Positions 42,734 through 42,779 of a stretch of DNA of 42,779 nt are shown here, piece after piece. Under the pieces are notes generated by a model that ran no database searches, was not told where the DNA came from, and saw nothing but the letters and a program-made list of their open reading frames with translations. Position 1 is the stretch's first letter; the number at the start of each line of letters is the position of its first letter. The position numbers and the translations under genes were made by a program. Location of the stretch: positions 1-42,779 of the forward strand of contig JAIPIB010000007.1 of assembly GCA_021734905.1 (NCBI GenBank), read 5' to 3'. Source of the stretch: Minisyncoccota bacterium. Lineage in GTDB: Bacteria > Patescibacteriota > Minisyncoccia > Phycocordibacterales > UBA918.

Positions 42734-42779
42734 GCTTGAAATGAAAATACACCCAGAAGGGAGTATTTTCATTTCAAGC
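42734..42779. repeat. Perfect 17-bp inverted repeat at the window edge
   Basis: GCTTGAAATGAAAATAC (42734-42750) / GTATTTTCATTTCAAGC (42763-42779), 12-nt loop; its context is cut off by the window end. Confidence 0.6.

Noticed and set aside
1-42779. Looked for rRNA, tRNA and CRISPR arrays in all intergenic spacers
   Set aside because: No GC-rich cloverleaf-like segments and no regularly spaced direct repeats were seen. The intergenic regions are short, AT-rich and explained by promoters or terminators. A tRNAscan or Infernal run would be the decisive check.
1-42779. Alternative genetic code (UGA recoding, as in some candidate phyla)
   Set aside because: Long ORFs are uninterrupted under the standard code. 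TGA functions as a stop at well-defined gene ends, e.g. the ATGA overlap at 27313-27316.
2-42779. Hairpins at both window ends (2-35 and 42734-42779) as a circular junction or att sites
   Set aside because: The two hairpins are not homologous beyond a short CCCAGAA string. The first is a plain terminator, and the second is cut off by the window edge so it cannot be interpreted.

Overview
AT-rich bacterial chromosomal fragment under the standard genetic code (TGA is used as a stop, e.g. 27313-27315). It is densely packed and mostly minus-strand. I saw no rRNA, tRNA or CRISPR array. The gene content suggests an anaerobic, reduced-genome bacterium, possibly Patescibacteria/CPR-like; this is inference only, based on anaerobic RNR nrdDG, a minimal NifS/IscU Fe-S system, many small membrane proteins and glycoside hydrolases. 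Recognisable blocks: (1) base-excision repair, HAD and cell-wall genes (1.3-5.5 kb). (2) A membrane and glycoside-hydrolase block (5.5-11.2 kb). (3) A 2.4-kb IS1595-family element at 12508-14930, with perfect terminal inverted repeats and an 8-bp target duplication, carrying a Dam-type methyltransferase plus a small PD-(D/E)XK nuclease. (4) Two tandem ATP-grasp ligases. (5) A Cys-rich ArsR-type regulator divergent from an nrdD-nrdG-iscS-iscU-flavoreductase operon. (6) A G+C-rich islet (24.4-25.3 kb) with two small paralogous genes, each with its own TTGACA promoter, a shared 26-nt 5' leader hairpin and its own terminator. (7) A GH63-like hydrolase and an SPFH / membrane protein / MazG-like trio. 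(8) An expanded two-component cluster (29.9-35.6 kb) with a His->Gln pseudo-kinase and a pseudo-receiver regulator. It sits next to a SAM-methyltransferase + LuxI/FeeM-fold N-acyltransferase operon (35.8-37.3 kb). (9) A csoR-copA copper operon with its operator. My best candidates for undescribed biology are the acyl-signal-like synthase wired to the degenerate two-component cluster, and the G+C-rich twin-gene islet with the shared leader. All family assignments come from reading motifs by eye; no searches were run.
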